A DNA stretch of 64,000 nucleotides, from the NCBI GenBank assembly GCA_963422205.2, contig CAXMWX010000001.1, forward strand, positions 128,001 to 192,000, read 5' to 3'. The stretch is from Gammaproteobacteria bacterium. Its GTDB lineage: Bacteria > Pseudomonadota > Gammaproteobacteria > Eutrophobiales > Eutrophobiaceae. Numbering within the stretch: position 1 is the first letter of the stretch; every line of letters starts with the position of its first letter. This document shows positions 1-12,543 of the stretch, one piece after another. Both the position numbers and the translations under genes were made by a program. The notes under the pieces are model-generated. The model saw nothing but the letters and a program-made list of their open reading frames with translations, was not told the origin of the DNA and searched no databases.

Positions 1-11
1 TAATACTTGCC

Positions 12-950
12 CTATAGTTTGATGAGCCAGTCACACAGCGAAACCATCTGTTCCTCATTGGTTAAGTTGGCTCCATTTGAAAGCGTACCCTCATGGAGTT
101 GCTGGTATATCTCTTTTGCCATGGCCTTTTCAATCGCAGCGCCAATAAAAAATGTTTTAGGCTGGAGACCTTTTGCAGAAAATGCCGAGTTTGCCGTTTT
201 CCAGTGCTCATCGGCTCCTGCTGGATCAATACCGCCTTTTAGTTCTCCCAAAGCAAGATATTTTTCTGGTTTATGATGCGCTGAATTCTTATTTTTTCCA
301 AAAATTATCTCATTGGGTGAGCAGGCAAATAGACACAGATCAACATTCTTTTTTACTGTTGGTACCGTTAAGTTGTAAATCAAGGTTCTTGCATTGCTAT
401 TAGACAGCCAATGTAAACCTCTAATTCGCTTCTCTATATCTGGTTCAGGCTTGGGGCTAAACCATTTTTTTGCCTTTGAGTCATAATACTCAAAATCTAT
501 CCCACTTATGGCGCAAGTAGATATAAGCATCCTTGAAAATTTCCATTCTCCCAAAGCACCGGCCAAATTTCTCATACTGCCTCCAAGTGAATCACCCCTG
601 GTAAGTAAGAAACGATAAACCAGTTCATCTATAAAAAATTTGCCGGAAGGTTTCAGGAAATTTTTGATTAGGCTTTGTATGGCCGCTTGTTTATCTGCTT
701 CTCGCAGGTGATTCTTAGCTTTGTCAGAAATTCCTGATGCAGTCAGTAAAGAATTTCTGATTTCACTTATTTGCAGTAAATCCTTTGGTGTTTTTGCCTT
801 TAACGCAAATACCCTGAGTGCGTTAGCCTCCTCAACAAAAGGGGTTGCTTTTCTATTTTTTTCTAATGCTAAAGCAATGAAGCCTACCCGTATTTCTCCA
901 TAAGGGGTGATCAGGTTTTTATAAGATTTCAGATGGTCATTGAATGGCAT
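12..950 (-). CDS. Type II restriction endonuclease, BsoBI/AvaI family (probable CYCGRG specificity); possibly impaired by a 7-aa in-frame deletion
   Basis: 312 aa with the BsoBI/AvaI hallmarks RGDSLGGSMRN and LGELKGGIDPAGADEHWKTA...FFIGAAIE. ATG immediately follows the MTase stop (TAAATG coupling). DNA is AT-rich. Confidence 0.9.
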   Translation of the reverse strand: MPFNDHLKSYKNLITPYGEIRVGFIALALEKNRKATPFVEEANALRVFALKAKTPKDLLQISEIRNSLLTASGISDKAKNHLREADKQAAIQSLIKNFLKPSGKFFIDELVYRFLLTRGDSLGGSMRNLAGALGEWKFSRMLISTCAISGIDFEYYDSKAKKWFSPKPEPDIEKRIRGLHWLSNSNARTLIYNLTVPTVKKNVDLCLFACSPNEIIFGKNKNSAHHKPEKYLALGELKGGIDPAGADEHWKTANSAFSAKGLQPKTFFIGAAIEKAMAKEIYQQLHEGTLSNGANLTNEEQMVSLCDWLIKL

Positions 951-2402
951 TTAGGCTCTTTTTTTCCAGACACAGACACATTTTCTTAGTGCGGTTCGTC
1001 CATGTTTACCCATTTGTTGAGAGCTATTGCCTTTACCCTGAGGCAGGACAAGAATATTTTCTACTCGAAACCCTGTGGTTTCAGCGATTTTTGACAGTAG
1101 GGTATCTACGGATATCGCTGCACCGGCATATCGGACATTGTCATTGACCATAAACATCAAGCCACCTTTATCCAAAACCCGATAGCATTCCTGGATGACA
1201 CAACTCATTTCATAGAAATAACCTCTCACCATGCGGGCTATACCGCTATTATTCAATTCTTTTTGCTCCTTCTTATAATCCAGGTAATTCAATATTTTCT
1301 GCAAGAGCGGTAAACCATCGCAAATATCAATGGCTTTTTTCCACTCGTTGTTAAAATCGGTCAGTTTTTTTGCTCTATTTTCTACGGTACAACTTAGCAG
1401 AGCTTGCCTTAATCCCATCAACTCGGCTTCATTGATTCCAAGTATGGCGTGTTCTAACGCATAAGTGCGCGTATAGTCATAGCGGTTGCAGTAAGGCGGG
1501 GAGGTGATTATCCCAGAGTAAGCATCACGTTCTAATTGAGGAAGAATATCCAGGCATGAGCCTTTGAATAAACGAATATCGCCCGCGCGCACCTCCCTGT
1601 GTAAAAAAGTAAACAGATCATTTTTATCGTCACAACGATTGATGTCCTGCTTGATTTCATGGAGCTTTTCTATAATCGCCTCATCAAACGGCAAAATGGC
1701 ACCTTTGTCAAAAGGGGTTTTGCCATTCCTTCGTCCAGACCGGTAATCCCAACGCAGGTATTGTCCATCCTTCCTCGTATAGCTGATTGACTCCAGGATA
1801 CATAACAGCGCAAATAATAATAGCTCTTTTGTGTCTATGGATTCATGTTCCAGCTCATGCAGGTATCTTCCTATTTTGCCCTGCGTCTCTGACGAATAGG
1901 CGCCCTTCGTGATGCGAAGCACGGCAAAATCTTTCATTGGACCTTGGGTATTCCAGGGTTTTTCAAGCAACCAGTTGTCTAAGCCAGCAATAATATTTTG
2001 TTTAGTCGCCCCCCTTGCCAGAATATTCGCATTGATGATTCTCTGGCCCACGGGCAAAACCTCAATGCCATCTGCATCATAACCCAAAGAAGAAGACACA
2101 AATAAAGACGTACCCGTTCCAGCGAACGGATCAAGCACCCTGCCTTGGTTCACACGATAGTTATGCAGAAGGTACTCAACTAACTCGGCAGAAAAGGCTT
2201 CCTTGTGTTTATACCATCTGTAGTAGGCACGCCCCTTATTCGCCTGGAAACTGACCAGCTTTCTGGTTAAGGCACTATCCGTGACTAAGGCACTGGAAAA
2301 ATATTCTGTTGACGATTTATCCAGCGCTGTTATTTCTCTAAAAAAAGTACCATCCTTTGCCATGCTGGAACTTTCGTCCTTCTCAACGGCGTTAAATGGC
2401 AT
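951..2402 (-). CDS. Cognate DNA methyltransferase (N4-cytosine type, M.BsoBI/M.AvaI-like)
   Basis: Motif I DPFAGTGT and motif IV ITSPPYCNRYDY. Start placed at ATG 2402 (483 aa) because the ORF-track start at 2483 overlaps fumarase; ATG 2363 is an alternative. Confidence 0.9.
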   Translation of the reverse strand: MPFNAVEKDESSSMAKDGTFFREITALDKSSTEYFSSALVTDSALTRKLVSFQANKGRAYYRWYKHKEAFSAELVEYLLHNYRVNQGRVLDPFAGTGTSLFVSSSLGYDADGIEVLPVGQRIINANILARGATKQNIIAGLDNWLLEKPWNTQGPMKDFAVLRITKGAYSSETQGKIGRYLHELEHESIDTKELLLFALLCILESISYTRKDGQYLRWDYRSGRRNGKTPFDKGAILPFDEAIIEKLHEIKQDINRCDDKNDLFTFLHREVRAGDIRLFKGSCLDILPQLERDAYSGIITSPPYCNRYDYTRTYALEHAILGINEAELMGLRQALLSCTVENRAKKLTDFNNEWKKAIDICDGLPLLQKILNYLDYKKEQKELNNSGIARMVRGYFYEMSCVIQECYRVLDKGGLMFMVNDNVRYAGAAISVDTLLSKIAETTGFRVENILVLPQGKGNSSQQMGKHGRTALRKCVCVWKKRA

Positions 2403-2434
2403 GTTGAAAATATTATCCCTGGGCAGTACAACGG

Positions 2435-3964
2435 CTATGTGGTCGAGGCGGCGGTACGTTTTTTTATGATGATCTCCTGCCACTTTGCCGGGCCGCTCTG
2501 ATGCACTGAATTGCCAGTAGCATCAACAGCCACGGTCACCGGCATGTCCTTGACCTCAAATTCATGTATGGCCTCCATGCCCAATTCTGGAAAAGCGACC
2601 ACTCTGGCGGCGGTGATGGCCTTGGAGACCAGGTAAGCGGCGCCCCCCACCGCCATTAAATACACCGCCCCGTGTTTTTTGATGGCCTCTATGGCGACCG
2701 GGCCGCGCTCGGCCTTGCCGATCATGCCGATCAAGCCAGTGCTCTCCAGCATGAATTCGGTGAACTTGTCCATGCGCGTTGCCGTTGTTGGGCCGGCCGG
2801 GCCAACGACTTCTTCCCGGACGGCATCCACCGGGCCAACGTAATAGATGAATCTGTTGCGTAGATCAACCCCCTCCGGCAGCGGCTCGCCGTTATCCAGC
2901 AGGTCTTTGATGCGCTTGTGCGCCGCATCCCGCCCGGTGAGTAATTTTCCGGACAGCAGCAGGGTCTCACCGCTCTGCCAGTCCGCGATGCTGGCCTTGT
3001 TGAGTTCATCTAAGTTGACTCGGCGGGAACCCGCACCGGCATCCCAACTGATCTGCGGCCAGTCATCCACATCCGGCGGGCTTTGCCGGGCCGGGCCGGT
3101 GCCATCCAGGGTGAAGTGGGCATGGCGGGTGGCCGCACAGTTCGGGATGAGGCCAACCGGCAGCGAAGCGGCATGGGTCGGGCAGTCCAGGATCTTGACA
3201 TCCAGCACAGTGGTCAGGCCGCCCAGCCCCTGGGCGCCAATACCCAGATCATTGACCGCATGGTAGATGTCCAGCCGCAACTCTTCAATGCGATTTTGGG
3301 GGCCGCGCTGTTGCAGTTGCTGGATATCAATAGCGGCCAGCAAGGACTCCTTGGCCAACACGGCGGCCTTCTCGGCCGTGCCGCCGATGCCAATCCCCAG
3401 GATCCCCGGCGGACACCAGCCAGCGCCCAGGGTCGGGACTGTCCGCACCACCCAGTCAACGATGTCATCGCTGGGGTTCAGCATCACCAGCCTGGCCTTG
3501 TTCTCCGAACCGCCACCTTTGGCCGCCACATGTACTTCAACCTTATCTCCGGGGACGAGCTCGGTATGAATCACCGCCGGGGTATTATCGCCGGTATTCT
3601 TTCGGCTGCCCGCCGGGTCGCTCAGGATGGATGGGCGCAGCACATTGTCCGGGTGGGTATATGCCTGCCGCACGCCAGCATTGACCATCGCCGCCACACT
3701 CCTATCGGCCTCCCACTGCACCTGCATGCCGACTTTGAGAAACACGGTCACGATGCCAGTATCCTGACACATCGGACGCCTACCCATTGCACACATCCGG
3801 GAGTTCACCAGAATTTGTGCCAGCGCATCTTTGGCGGGGAGAGATTCCTCTCTCTCGTAAGCCTGGTTGACGGCCTCGATAAAATCCAGGGGGTGATAGT
3901 AAGAGATAAATTGCAGGGCATCGGCAATGCTCTCAATCATGTCTTGCTGCTTAATTATCGTCAT
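2435..3964 (-). CDS. fumA: Fumarate hydratase class I (Fe-S)
   Basis: 509 aa; RPMCQDTG, AKGGGSEN, GWCPPG, GPTTATRMD motifs. Confidence 0.93.
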   Translation of the reverse strand: MTIIKQQDMIESIADALQFISYYHPLDFIEAVNQAYEREESLPAKDALAQILVNSRMCAMGRRPMCQDTGIVTVFLKVGMQVQWEADRSVAAMVNAGVRQAYTHPDNVLRPSILSDPAGSRKNTGDNTPAVIHTELVPGDKVEVHVAAKGGGSENKARLVMLNPSDDIVDWVVRTVPTLGAGWCPPGILGIGIGGTAEKAAVLAKESLLAAIDIQQLQQRGPQNRIEELRLDIYHAVNDLGIGAQGLGGLTTVLDVKILDCPTHAASLPVGLIPNCAATRHAHFTLDGTGPARQSPPDVDDWPQISWDAGAGSRRVNLDELNKASIADWQSGETLLLSGKLLTGRDAAHKRIKDLLDNGEPLPEGVDLRNRFIYYVGPVDAVREEVVGPAGPTTATRMDKFTEFMLESTGLIGMIGKAERGPVAIEAIKKHGAVYLMAVGGAAYLVSKAITAARVVAFPELGMEAIHEFEVKDMPVTVAVDATGNSVHQSGPAKWQEIIIKKRTAASTT

Positions 3965-4108
3965 GCGATCAGAATTCTGTTGCTGGTTAAACCCCAGAGG
4001 TCATGCGTATCTTTAAGGCCATTATAAACGCAGAGCCGGTCAATAATCGAATTGAAAACAGACCCGGGTGCGCTCGTGCATCATCCATGATGCTGCCCAT
4101 GATATTAA

Positions 4109-6826
<2,718 letters not shown>

Positions 6827-7014
6827 TGCAGACTCCAGGTTGGTTTGTATGATCTGGCGGCGATTATCCGCTATTTATCGCAGATGTGACAGGGGGCAGA
6901 GAGCAAATGACGGCGCTTTGTCTGCCGCTGACCGGCGTGTCATAAAGCAGCGCAGGCTGTTACCGGGCTGGCAGAGACAGATGACCGCCATCAACATCCC
7001 GCTGCCGACTGGCC

Positions 7015-8097
7015 TCATGAGGTGGTGCTGATCACCCCTCCCCCTAAGCACTCTTCGGCTTGATACAACACCACGTATTGGCCGAGGGTGATGGCACGTT
7101 GTGGCTGGTTAAAGTGTACCTGTATCTGCTTCTCGGCACACAGGGTGACAGTGCAGGGCTGCTCGGTTTGTCTGTAGCGTGTCCTGGCGGTGCAGGTGAA
7201 GGTCTCCTGTTCGGGCGGCCCGCCGATCCAGTGCATGTTCTCAGCGCAGAGATGCTGGCTGAACAGGGCGGGGTGATCATGGCCCTGGGCGATAATTAGC
7301 CGGTTGTCGTCAACCGCTTTCTCGACCACATACCAAGGGGCTTGCCCATGGCCGGCAACGCCACCGATACCCAAGCCATGTCGTTGCCCCAGGGTATAGA
7401 AATGCACACCATCGTGTTCGCCCATGGTCACGCCGTCCAGGCTGACGATCGGCCCCTTGTTGACGGGCAGGTACTGGCCGAGAAATGCCCGGAATGGGCG
7501 CTCGCCAATAAAACAGATCCCGGTGCTGTCTTTTTTATTGTGGGTTATCAGCCCGGCCGCTCTCGCCCGTGCACGCACTTCGGCTTTTCTCATCGGGCCG
7601 ATGGGGAACAGGCTGTGCTGTAGTTGCTGTTGGGTTAAGCGGCACAGGAAGTAGCTCTGATCCTTGGCCGGATCATGGCTTTTTAACAGATGCAGCCCCG
7701 CCTCATCCTGGCGGATACGGGCATAATGACCGGTGGCGATTTGGCTGACGCCGAGATCAAGAGCGTGTTGCAGGAAGGCGCGAAACTTCACTTCCTGATT
7801 GCATACGATGTCCGGGTTAGGCGTCAGCCCGGCCTGGTAGGCTCGCAAAAAATCGGCGAAGACCGTATCCCGGTAATGCGCTGACAGATCGACCGTGTTC
7901 AGCGGGATGCCGAGTTGCTCGCACACATGCAGGGCATCTTCGACATCTTCCTCCCAGGCACAGCCACCGGCCTCATCCTGACCATGCCAGTTTTTCATGA
8001 ACCAGGCGGCCACCTCATGCCCTTGTTCTAGCAATATCAGCGCCGCCACCGAGGAATCGACGCCGCCTGACAGGCCAACGATAACATGTGAGGTCAT
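7015..8097 (-). CDS. mnmA: tRNA-specific 2-thiouridylase
   Basis: SGGVDSS PP-loop, NPDIVCN, KDQSYFL, DSTGICFIG. Confidence 0.96.
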   Translation of the reverse strand: MTSHVIVGLSGGVDSSVAALILLEQGHEVAAWFMKNWHGQDEAGGCAWEEDVEDALHVCEQLGIPLNTVDLSAHYRDTVFADFLRAYQAGLTPNPDIVCNQEVKFRAFLQHALDLGVSQIATGHYARIRQDEAGLHLLKSHDPAKDQSYFLCRLTQQQLQHSLFPIGPMRKAEVRARARAAGLITHNKKDSTGICFIGERPFRAFLGQYLPVNKGPIVSLDGVTMGEHDGVHFYTLGQRHGLGIGGVAGHGQAPWYVVEKAVDDNRLIIAQGHDHPALFSQHLCAENMHWIGGPPEQETFTCTARTRYRQTEQPCTVTLCAEKQIQVHFNQPQRAITLGQYVVLYQAEECLGGGVISTTS

Positions 8098-8103
8098 GCG
8101 GGC

Positions 8104-8547
8104 CTAGAGGTGTTGCAGTAATTCCAGCGGGTAACGGCGGGCCTGGAGATAGTCGTCAATACACCGAAGCACCAGTTCGGTACGCAGCTTGTCCGGGGCA
8201 GCCAGCAGCTCGGCCCTGCTCAACCAGAGGGCCTGGATGATGCTGGTATCCAGTGAGGCATGGGGGTCAGGTGCATTGCATTGGCCGGCAAAACATACCC
8301 GAAGATAGCTGGCATCAGCATTGGGTGGGCTAAACAGGTAAATGCCGATGAGGTATTCGGGTGTGAATTGCCGTGCGGTCTCTTCCTGTACTTCACGCTT
8401 GACGGCATCGAGCAGGGTTTCATCTTTTTCCAGATGGCCGGCGGGCTGGTTATAGACAGGCTGGCCGTTTATCTCCTCCTCGACCATTAAAAACCGCCCC
8501 GCTTCCTCAATGATGGCAGCGACAGTGATATGGGGAGTCCACTGCAT
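8104..8547 (-). CDS. nudJ: NUDIX hydrolase (NudJ/YmfB-like)
   Basis: Start MQWTPHITVAA at 8547; Nudix box NQPAGHLE...REVQEET; usual position upstream of mnmA. Confidence 0.85.
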   Translation of the reverse strand: MQWTPHITVAAIIEEAGRFLMVEEEINGQPVYNQPAGHLEKDETLLDAVKREVQEETARQFTPEYLIGIYLFSPPNADASYLRVCFAGQCNAPDPHASLDTSIIQALWLSRAELLAAPDKLRTELVLRCIDDYLQARRYPLELLQHL

Positions 8548-8575
8548 GGTGGGATGAGGCTGACAAGATCTGTAT

Positions 8576-11500
8576 TTAATTGGGTGAAGCCGCCGCATCA
8601 GGTAACTTGCCGGGCAACTGGCTGAGTTGGTTTTGCCGCTCTGTATTGCGTAAGGTGAGCCGCTCAATGGTGGGGTTTTGCCACGGGCCGATAATACTGT
8701 ATTGATAGCTTAACATCTTGTCTATGCTGTTATTGATGGACTCAAACATATTGCCCGCCAGATACAGCACGGCCCCCACGCCCATGCCGAGCGGGCCGAG
8801 TAAGGCGCTGGCCACTGGTAAGGTGTCGGCGATTTGCGGTGTGATGGTGAGCAGCTGATCATAGTCTTGTTGTGCGAGCCCCGCCCGCCCGCTGATGGCA
8901 AGATTGGCCGCCGGCCCAATCAGGCGTAGATCATTGGTGTAGGCATTGCCCCGGCTGATGGTGAAGTTCCCTTCGATCCTGTCAAACGCCAGGCCCTTGC
9001 CCAGCAGATCGCTGAAGTCCAGCGACAATCGTCTTGGCAGGGTTTGCAAACTGAGCAGGCCAAACAAGCGTCCGGCGGAGGGTTCGACTGCCAGTATCTG
9101 CCCTTTGCTCACCTCAATGATGAGTTTGCCGTTCATCTTCTCCAGGGCAAAGTCCATCGGTGAGCCGGCCCATTCGGCTTTAAGTTGTATATCCGTTTCC
9201 CCCCTTCTCATCGGCGAGCCGTCATAGTTGAAGGTCTCCAGCATGGCGGCTATCTCATCAGCATGTAGCGTGGCGGTAAAACGGGAGTTGTCCCGATTGC
9301 CCGCACCCTGCCAGTTGCCCCTGGCCGAGATCGTCAACCCGGGTTTGGCGAGCGTGATCTTTTCAATCTGTATGCCGTCATCATCGCGCAAGGCGAGCAG
9401 GTGCAATTTGCCGAGCGGCATGCCGTGAAAAACGAAATCATCCACCTGGATGTCCAACGCCGGGAAGGTGAGCGGGTCTGCGATCATCGTCTGGCCAGAC
9501 CCGCCGTTACCATTTTTTTTCTTCACTGCCAGTTTGTCGAGCCTGGCGCTGATTTTATGATCGCCGCTTGATTGCGCCGGAATATGCACAGTGCCGCTGA
9601 CATCAAATGCCGTGGGTTGGATTTGCCAGTCGCCCTGCCTGCGCTCGGCGGCGATGTGTATGTGTTCAATATGTTGCCCATAAAAATCAAGCGCATCAAT
9701 GTCCAGATCAATGGCTGTCTTGTGGTGGGTAAGGACGCCTGTCTGTTTACCTGTGTTGTGTGAAAACTCTCTGATGGTATCGAACCAGTCTTGAAAGTTC
9801 AGCTTGTCGGTTGCACCACGGATTAGCAGCCCGGTTTTATCGTTCGCTGGTTGCCGTGGCTGCTGGTCAACACGGGCTGGCGATGGCGGGGTTTTGCCGG
9901 CGAGAGTGGGCGGCGTGAACGTGGCCTGTATTTTGTCGTTGTAGTCGATGGTGACAGTCCTTGCAGCAGACAATGGCCGGTTGATCGATAAGGGTTTTCT
10001 CTCCCCGGCAGACTTCCCCAGGGGATAGGGCAGGCTGATTGCCATGCCGTCAAGGTCTGAGGATAAGCGCAGGTGCTGTGCTATGTTATTTTTATCTTTG
10101 CTATAACTGAGGGTGGCCTGCCAGCTGAGTTCGCCTTGCAGGTGTTGGTTTAATGTTTGCGCGAGGTGTGCCAGCGGCGGCGCCCGGCTTTGTAATTGTT
10201 CAGTGATAAAATCCTGATCAGATCTTCCTGACAAGGTGATTGAACCCAGTTGTCCCGGTGCAGCTTCAGGCCCCTCAATACGAAGTGAAACTGGCTGCCC
10301 ATCAAACATGGCAGTCAGCTTGTTCGATCGTACCGAGGTGCGTGTGAAGGTCACCGGGCCGTTGATCTGATCAATGCGGATTTTTTTATTCTGGCTGAGG
10401 AGGGCAGCATCTGTAAAATGGACAGTCCCATCTATCTGCGGCTTGATCTTTTTCGACTTGACCGCCATCAGGGTATTAATATCAAGGGCTATCTGGCCGG
10501 CTGTCAGGTTATTTATTGTTGGTGCCAGCAGTTTATGATGCTGCAACGGGCTGGTGTTGATAAAGCCGTTTAAATCGGCGACCGTGCCTGCAAGCCTGCC
10601 GCTTAACGCAACCCTTTTGGGTTTCTGGCTGATATCCTGAATATGCACAACGCCGCCGCTCAAGATATCTGCATCCAGTAATTTCCCGCTCACGGCGGTG
10701 GTGGTTACCCGTTGATTATCGATCAATACCTCGGCGGTCAGTTCATTGATTTCAGGCCAGTGCGGAGAGTATGCCAGTATCACATCAGAGATGTTGATAA
10801 TCCCCTGCAACTGTCCTTCCCTGTGCCTGAATGGGAACAGGGCCGGGTTACCTCGGAACACGATCTGGGCGGAGTCCAGATTACCGCCCTGGACGGCTCT
10901 CTCCAGCCAGTGTTTCAGTTTGAATTTGCTGCTGGCGGGTATCAGTTCATGCAGCTTGTCAATCTTGCGGGTATGCAGGCTGGCAAACAGGTTCAGCTCA
11001 GGTGTGTTGTCATGGGTATGGTTATGGATATTGGCCTGCAACTTAACGGCATGATCTGGATTACCCAGGGCAAGGTCGTCTGTCTCCACCCGCCACTTAC
11101 CCCCTGCATGTACTGCCTGGATACGCCCATCGAGTCGGGTCAAGACAATATCCGGCTGCACCTTATCGGCAAACATAAAGCGCAGGTTATCGTCTTCCAA
11201 ATCTACCCGCACCGTGTTGTTTGATCCCTTCAGGCGACCGGTCAAGCCGCTGATGTTCGCCAGGGCGGCAGGAAAATCTGTCTGCAAGCGAGTAAATGCC
11301 AGATCATAGAAAAACACATCTTCTGCCTGTGCTTTGCGCTCATACACCACAGACCCGTGGCCTAACTCGCCACTGATATCACCGGCCAACAAGAGGTCTT
11401 TTGCCATGGCAGGCAGGTCTGTCCACTGGCTGAGTAAGGGCAGCAGGTCGTCCAGCTTCAGGTAATCAAAGCCGACTGTCAGGCGGTAGTCATTGTCATT

Positions 11501-12541
11501 CCCCGGCGAGGCCACCATGGCCATTTCAATATGAGATGGCGGCCAGTGGCCGTTTTCGGTGAGCAGATCATCCAGCATCACCCGGAGATGCCAGTCTTTG
11601 TGTTGGTTACGCTGGCCGTAAAAGCGATATGACAAGGCGTCAATCGGCAGTGACTCCGTGCCTGCCCGAACAACCAGGCCGGTGTGTCGCAGTTCTCCCT
11701 GTATGTTGCTGATGTGTCCCTCCTGCCAGTTGCCCCACAGCTTCATGTCAGCCTGGCCACCAGCGATCGTTACATCGGCCAGCCGGTAGTGTCCAGGCCA
11801 GTGATCCGGCCAGTCATCCAGGCTGATCTCATGTGCTTCCAGATACATATCGCCTGACCAGTCAGATGATGGCAGATCACCCACGGCATCAAAGGCAAAC
11901 GTCATGGATCTGCCGTATTCTGCGGGTAGTTCACAGTCGCCATCGATTTGTATGCGCCCATTATCGGTTTGTAGAGTCAGGCTGACGTGAGACAGTTGTA
12001 TCGGCGGCTGCTGATGTTTGGTATCGGTCCATACAATGTCGGCATTTTGAATGACAATCCTGTGCTGCTTGAACAACCAGTCGGCCAGTTCACTGTGGTC
12101 AGTGTGGCTGGCCCCGGCATCGATGTTGACCCCTTCAATGAGGATCGCACCGCTTGCCAGACGTGTTATTGCAAGCTGCATCCCGGAGATAATCAGCCGC
12201 CTTGGTATGAATTGCCGTTGCAGCAGCGTTGGCAGCGGATCGATCTCAATCCGGGCCATGGCAAAACCGGTGATTCGGCGGTTTGTCGTCTTATCCAGCA
12301 GATCGATGTCAGTCAGGGAAAGCTGCGGTGTCCAGCCTTTCCAGTCGGCCTGCATGGTGCGAATCACCACCGGATAGCCCATATAATCGCTTACCCATGC
12401 CTGTATCTCATGACGATATTCGCCGATAGCCGGCAGCGCCAGCCGGATTAAGGTTACGCTGATGGCGACCAGCAGCACGATGGCGCCAACACAGTAGGCA
12501 GCCGTATGGTAAAGCCCGGTTAATACCTTTTTATACGACAT
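8576..12541 (-). CDS. yhdP: AsmA-like intermembrane phospholipid transport protein YhdP (TIGR02099)
   Basis: 1321 aa; N-terminal TM; C-terminal GRLFGLLSLQTLPRRLSLDFSD and YSIIGPWQNP; directly downstream of rng. Confidence 0.9.
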   Translation of the reverse strand: MSYKKVLTGLYHTAAYCVGAIVLLVAISVTLIRLALPAIGEYRHEIQAWVSDYMGYPVVIRTMQADWKGWTPQLSLTDIDLLDKTTNRRITGFAMARIEIDPLPTLLQRQFIPRRLIISGMQLAITRLASGAILIEGVNIDAGASHTDHSELADWLFKQHRIVIQNADIVWTDTKHQQPPIQLSHVSLTLQTDNGRIQIDGDCELPAEYGRSMTFAFDAVGDLPSSDWSGDMYLEAHEISLDDWPDHWPGHYRLADVTIAGGQADMKLWGNWQEGHISNIQGELRHTGLVVRAGTESLPIDALSYRFYGQRNQHKDWHLRVMLDDLLTENGHWPPSHIEMAMVASPGNDNDYRLTVGFDYLKLDDLLPLLSQWTDLPAMAKDLLLAGDISGELGHGSVVYERKAQAEDVFFYDLAFTRLQTDFPAALANISGLTGRLKGSNNTVRVDLEDDNLRFMFADKVQPDIVLTRLDGRIQAVHAGGKWRVETDDLALGNPDHAVKLQANIHNHTHDNTPELNLFASLHTRKIDKLHELIPASSKFKLKHWLERAVQGGNLDSAQIVFRGNPALFPFRHREGQLQGIINISDVILAYSPHWPEINELTAEVLIDNQRVTTTAVSGKLLDADILSGGVVHIQDISQKPKRVALSGRLAGTVADLNGFINTSPLQHHKLLAPTINNLTAGQIALDINTLMAVKSKKIKPQIDGTVHFTDAALLSQNKKIRIDQINGPVTFTRTSVRSNKLTAMFDGQPVSLRIEGPEAAPGQLGSITLSGRSDQDFITEQLQSRAPPLAHLAQTLNQHLQGELSWQATLSYSKDKNNIAQHLRLSSDLDGMAISLPYPLGKSAGERKPLSINRPLSAARTVTIDYNDKIQATFTPPTLAGKTPPSPARVDQQPRQPANDKTGLLIRGATDKLNFQDWFDTIREFSHNTGKQTGVLTHHKTAIDLDIDALDFYGQHIEHIHIAAERRQGDWQIQPTAFDVSGTVHIPAQSSGDHKISARLDKLAVKKKNGNGGSGQTMIADPLTFPALDIQVDDFVFHGMPLGKLHLLALRDDDGIQIEKITLAKPGLTISARGNWQGAGNRDNSRFTATLHADEIAAMLETFNYDGSPMRRGETDIQLKAEWAGSPMDFALEKMNGKLIIEVSKGQILAVEPSAGRLFGLLSLQTLPRRLSLDFSDLLGKGLAFDRIEGNFTISRGNAYTNDLRLIGPAANLAISGRAGLAQQDYDQLLTITPQIADTLPVASALLGPLGMGVGAVLYLAGNMFESINNSIDKMLSYQYSIIGPWQNPTIERLTLRNTERQNQLSQLPGKLPDAAASPN

Positions 12542-12543
12542 GA

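Noticed and set aside
3083-4027. 314-aa plus-strand ORF and similar long antisense ORFs (4163-4912, 19093-19986, 30906-31604, 33488-34189, 49388-50119)
   Set aside because: Shadow frames of well-supported genes in GC-rich DNA; no motifs or RBS.
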